Positions 59,669-64,000 of a DNA stretch of 64,000 nt are shown here, piece after piece. The translations under genes were made by a program, and so were the position numbers. Source of the stretch: the human T2T-CHM13v2.0 reference genome, Homo sapiens; NCBI RefSeq assembly GCF_009914755.1, contig NC_060936.1, one strand, 5' to 3'. Each line of letters begins with the position of its first letter. Position 1 is the stretch's first letter. The notes beneath the pieces are model-generated. The model had not been told where the DNA came from. It saw nothing but the letters and a program-made list of their open reading frames with translations, and ran no database searches.

Positions 59669-61624
59669 GTACGTTAAATTTTTATCAAACTAAATACATT
59701 TATTCATAAATATATAAGCATACGTTTTCAAATGTGTTGTATGTTTCAATGTCCCATTAATTTATGTGGCAACTAATACTTTATTCTCTGTGTCTAGTAT
59801 TGTGGTCATATATAAGTTAATTGTTAAGAATAAAACAGGGGTTCCTAACTGGCCTATCTAGGGGAGATGTAAAGAAACCTAAGTCCTGGCAAACAATTGG
59901 CCAAAATAAAAACTATGGTAATAACACTTATGATTACCCAAGGTCTTTTTAGGAAAACATTCTCATAAAAAGCTAGTGAATCTCAAGTTTTTTGGAAAGC
60001 ATTTTGGTAATTTATAGAAGCATCCTGAAAATAGTCATCCTCTTTGAGTCAGTAGTTCCATTTCGAAAAGTCCCTCCAAAGTAAACAATTTTAAATATAC
60101 CGAATATGTCTTATGTTATCTATGAAGTAACAATCAAAATGACCCAAATAAAACTTCCCTTGAGCTTAATTTTAAAGAACCAGTAAGAATCAGTCAGACG
60201 CAAATGAGAAAACTTGTCTTAGTCAAGGGAGTAAAAACTGGAAAATCAAAACTAGAGAGATTAGTTAGGGTCTTTAATACAATGCTAATGCAATTTAGAC
60301 TGAGTTATGTAGGAAATGTGAAATCATCATCTCACATTTTTAAGTGCAAGAAGTGAAAATTCAAAGGAATTAACATGGTTTTTCCTTTACAGATGAGCAA
60401 ATGGATACCAAAGAGATTTGACAACTTGCCTGAGTTGTCACTTACAGAAAGTGTCAGAGCAGTGTCTAAAACTCAAGTTGTCTGATTCAAAGTTCGGGGT
60501 TTTATTGCCACACATCACAGACTTCCCTGTTTTTTTTTTCAGTGAGTGCTGTCTAGGGCTGCCTCTCCACCCACCCCACTCCCCCAGCCAGCTTGCATTC
60601 TCAGCTTCAGCACCCTCCCTTATCCCTTGTCCATGGAATATTAGCCCCATGAGGGCAGGGTATTGTTCTATTCTCAGTGCCATGCAAGACCAGTGCTGAG
60701 CACCTGGCAGGCTCTAAATAGATATTAATTGAATACTGATAGGAATAATGAAGTATGATTAAATAAAATGTTACAATTGGGCTTTCTCAAGGCCATGTTT
60801 CTGAGATGTAGCTGTAAAAGAAACTCAAGGCTTTGAGCAGACACACCCAGACCAACAGGAAGCTTTTTTTTTTTTTTTTTTGACACAATAGGTTATAATT
60901 TGGGAAGATCTTAAAGAGCCCTCAGATCATCTATGCAAGGGTTCAGCTGAATTTATTACAGTACACAGAAGAGTAGACTGGGAATAATTAGACTGAGAAT
61001 ACCCAATATTCATAACTTACTAACCTGACAATTGTGTTTGCGGCTAGTAGGAAAGAGAGAAATTCACTAGATGTTACAAACCCCTGTAATAAATACGCCT
61101 GAGGTATCTTTGGGAGAAGACATCAATGTGTAGAGCTTGGAAAGTAAAATTTTGGAGCACAGGATTTTTTTCTTCTTTTATATTATTTATTTCTAACTAA
61201 TAAATATTGAAAAAAGGATAATTTAACATATAACCCATATCATTGAGTCAAAATGCCAAATATATGACATATGACATATTTTACTTTATTTAAAACATGC
61301 TAGAAAATTATATATTATCTTTGTTAATGCCAAGAATTATATATTGACGATTTGCTTACTTTTAACAAGAAGAAGACAAAAGAAATAAGAGGTAGGAAGC
61401 AACATAGTGGAACCAATGATTCAGATGATAATTAAATTAAATATGCTTTTTTAATTGGGAACTAAACCTTGATTAAGGATTTTCACATAGTCAGTAAAAA
61501 GTAATCTTTATCAAAGAAGATTTTTTTCAAATGATAATTTCAAGGGAAAAGTATGTACCATGAGGAGTTGGTTTCACAGATGTCTGACCTTTTCCAACTT
61601 ACATTAAGTAAAAACTTATGCACT

Positions 61625-62030
61625 TTGCTGCTGAGCAAACATGGGTTTATATTTCAGCTCTGTCACTTAAGAATTTTGTAGAAAATTGATTTGAACTTTG
61701 AGTTTCCTCACCTATAAAGTGAGAAAGTAACCACTGCCTCATAGAACTGTTATGTGAAAGATATTAAATAACCTGTATTTAAGAATTTTCCCTGTTTATG
61801 TCATTGGGCATTCCAAGATGGTGGTGATGATGATGATGCTGATGGCAGTGAGGAAGATGATGATGATGTTAATGATGAAAAGACTGATAACACGTCTTGA
61901 GTTCTTATTGTGCTAAACACTTAACTAAGCTCATTTTATTAAATCCACACAACCCTAGAGGATAGACACTATTATTATCCCTATTTTAGAGATGAAGAAC
62001 TTGAGGATTAGAAATGTTTGTCTGAGTAAT
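61625..62030. mobile_element. Two MIR fragments in opposite orientation separated by a (GAT)n tract
   Basis: cagctctgtcactta...agtttcctcacctataaagtg on +; (gat)n at about 61817-61878; attattatccctattttagagatgaagaacttgagg on -. Confidence 0.6.
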
Positions 62031-64000
62031 AATTGTCATAATCAGATTTTAATCTAGTTCTTGCCTCTCCAGAGAACGGTTGATTAAAATTGCTGGAAGT
62101 AAATCATAGAATTATTCTTCCCATTCATTCTTTCTTAAAATCCTTTTAAACCTTTTACACAGGGTCTTGGATATCAAAGAGACAAGCACGAACACTTAAA
62201 AGAGAAAAATCCATATTATTTATTGTTCTTCAGGAAATGCTCCTGTGACTGTGGCCGGTAGGGGGGAGGGGGGTCTTGACTGACTATAATGTGGTTATTG
62301 TTTCCATTTTAAAATATGATGGGAGAAGCCAATGGTTTAACAAGATAGATGATGGTGAAAACCAATACCCCAATGCACTTCCCATGAAAATGTACGATGG
62401 ATCTCTATTTTTCTGTGTATAAAGATACACAGAAAGAAAGCAGCACATTGAAAACATAAAATATAAAGCTGGAAAGCCCTGACTCCTGCCTGATTGACAC
62501 CATCTCAAGGTTCATTTCCTGACATTTCAAATGAGAATTGTGAGCAATTGAATTTAAAGACAATCTCTTCCCTTGTGGTTTTAAAGTGTATCTCAGTAGA
62601 ATGTTTATGTCACTTAGTATTTTTTTATCTTACTTGGTTAAAGAGCTCCCCACTTTCAATCTTAATACCCAGGGAGTTTTTCTATAGTGTAGGTAAGCTA
62701 GAAGAATACAAGAAGTCTTTCTTATCAAGGGCATTTTGGAACTTTGGGCTCTTGCCCAGGAATCCACAAAAGACTTAGTTTGCTCACACAGTGGGTAAAA
62801 TATTCACTTAATTAATTTAACAAAAATGAGTAAAATAGGCTACCAGGAATAATGAATGCAAAAACTTTAGCACCTAAATTAGAGATTAATGCAGATGACT
62901 GATTTCAGTCATCATAAAAGATGAACAATCCTGTATAGTCTACTCAAATATTTTTAAAGTTTAAATTATTATGGTGAGCCGAAACTGATTACTTAGAAAG
63001 TGCTTTATTTTCTTATTTTGGAGAAGACATCCGTTTTGGTCTGAATCTCTTTGAAACAGAGCCTCAAACAAAGATGTGGAGAAAGGTTGTTTATTATTGT
63101 TGTTAATTGTTTGTTTTCAATATGATCCTAGGAAGCAGGTATGAGGAAAAGGCAGAGTGAACAGGAAAGAGGGGAGCTCAGATACAAACGTGCTATTTGT
63201 CTTGTTGGCAACCACTGTGGGCAACTGGTACTCCATCCCTTGAGACCTTTGAGGAGTTTTATAAATGTGCCTCTGAAGCTGCCCTGCTTGGGATGAAAAG
63301 GGAAGCATTCATCCACTTCTGAATGTCCAGAAATGTGCTCATTCAACACATAAACCTCACTTTTGTGAAGTGAATTTGAGCCATCCTGTTGCACTTCATA
63401 ATAGTTTCTTACATGTTTATGTAAATAAAAAATGCAGGATTATATTATTATTAGACATTTTAATCTAGGCATTTTGGTTAATTGTGAAATTACAATCCCG
63501 TTATTTTATAGACAGGGCATCTAAAATATGTAAAATATCAGGATAGTTACAAATAATCCTTTTCTTTTTATTCTTATATTACATATAACATATTTTTATT
63601 CATTTTATTCATACCTTAGATATAATTATAAATCTTGAATGCAAAAAAGCCTTTATTTAAAGATGAAAATTATAATCCATAACTTTTCTTAAACTTTAAG
63701 AGAAAAGTAATCCTGTAATTATTTGACAAAAGTAATCATTTCTAATGAAAAAATCGATAACTTTTTTAAAAATTATTTTATGGGTAAATAATTTCTACAG
63801 TTTATCCAGTTATTAGATATATTTCTTTGATATCTAGCTTCTATATGGGTTCAAAGGAAATAACATTAGATACTTCTGAAAGGAGGCAGAAGAAAGTATT
63901 ACTTTAGCGTATTCTAGGCCACATAGTAACTATTTTTATCCAGCAAAATTATATTCCTCTCCAACTGCTTTAAGAATGGCTCAGAAGAAGTTTGAAATCA

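Noticed and set aside
63125-63390. Possible ancient ERVL/MaLR LTR fragment with two minus-strand ORFs
   Set aside because: Too diverged to assign by eye; the ORFs show no domain similarity.

Overview
AT-rich human genomic DNA (human-specific AluYa5 present) lying inside the contactin-1 gene (CNTN1, + strand). Five internal coding exons (20161-20319, 32347-32496, 53453-53523, 55908-56142, 59565-59668) splice in frame to give the Ig6-FNIII hinge, FNIII repeats 1 and 2 and the start of repeat 3. From memory these are roughly exons 16-20. An alternative terminal exon at 10715 encodes the C-terminus of the short, anchor-less Ig-only isoform. The introns carry about 14 Alus, a near-full-length antisense L1PA, old L1M/L2/MIR fragments, solo LTRs (MER4A-like, MST, MLT1) and a 6.1-kb two-LTR ERV1 provirus (LTR9/HUERS-P3-like, tRNA-Pro PBS) with internal deletions. 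The least expected items are a tailless tRNA-Gln 5'-half retropseudogene with a 21-bp TSD, a recursive-splice-like AG|GT at the alternative last exon, in-frame tandem acceptors in the GPPGPP hinge, and Alu polarity that could circularise whole FNIII domains into stop-free circles. I found no evidence for a wholly new biological system. Nearly all ORF-track entries are repeat-derived or chance. Repeat subfamily names come from visual recognition, not from a database search.
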